DNA of 63,081 bases, counting the filler, from Collodictyon triciliatum (Eukaryota): the NCBI GenBank assembly GCA_043381765.1. It is 4 parts of 4 records of this genome, joined end to end, with 100 filler letters (N's around TTAATTAATTAA, not from the genome) between each part and the next. Parts side by side here need not be neighbours in the genome. Positions count along the whole stretch, not along the records: positions 59,742 to 63,081 come from JBHJMP010001077.1; 3 more parts are not named here. One strand, given 5' to 3'. The notes beneath the pieces were generated by a model. It was not told where the DNA came from, ran no database searches, and worked only from the letters and a program-made list of their open reading frames with translations. Both the position numbers and the translations under genes were made by a program. Of the stretch, positions 62,920 to 63,081 are shown piece after piece (positions within the stretch are counted from its first letter, which is position 1; every line of letters starts with the position of its first letter).

Positions 62920-63081
62920 CACCTTTTTCTTTTTTCCTTTTTCCTTTTTCATTTTTCATTTTTCATACTTCATTTNNNNNNNNNNNNNNNNNNNNNNNNN
63001 NNNNNNNNNNNNNNNNNNNNNNNNTTCATTTTTCATTTTTCATTTTTCATTTTTCATTTTTCATTTTTCATTTTTCATTTT
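62920..63081. repeat. (TTTTCA)n tract with an internal N gap
   Basis: Direct reading. Confidence 0.85.

Overview
Intron-rich genomic DNA from a flagellated microbial eukaryote, using the standard genetic code and GT-AG introns with many microsatellites. The window is not one contiguous locus. Three identical 100-bp artificial linkers (N44-TTAATTAATTAA-N44 at 17204, 43245 and 59642) join four contigs. Contig 1 holds the 3' end of a WD40/coiled-coil gene, a Pro-rich RhoGAP and a 5'-truncated, divergent outer-arm-type axonemal dynein heavy chain. Contig 2 holds CC2D2A/MKS6 head-to-head with a WDR44-like gene, then an active-site-intact myotubularin. Contig 3 holds a secreted FG-GAP/mucin protein and a REJ-GAIN/GPS single-pass receptor (possibly one gene), separated by a decayed Ty3/gypsy fossil, followed by a Rac GTPase and a vWA protein with an H1-like tail. 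Contig 4 holds a LINE ORF1-like relic and an internally duplicated multi-pass membrane protein. The most striking pattern is that all eight genes with a visible 5' end carry a CAG, several with acceptor-like context, 1-15 nt before the start ATG, which suggests spliced-leader trans-splicing or universal 5'UTR introns. Other highlights: the dynein has lost its AAA1 sensor-I motif, the Rac carries a D38G effector-loop change, and the receptor has an integrin-alpha/polycystin-like single-pass architecture. All gene models were built by eye and no database searches were run.
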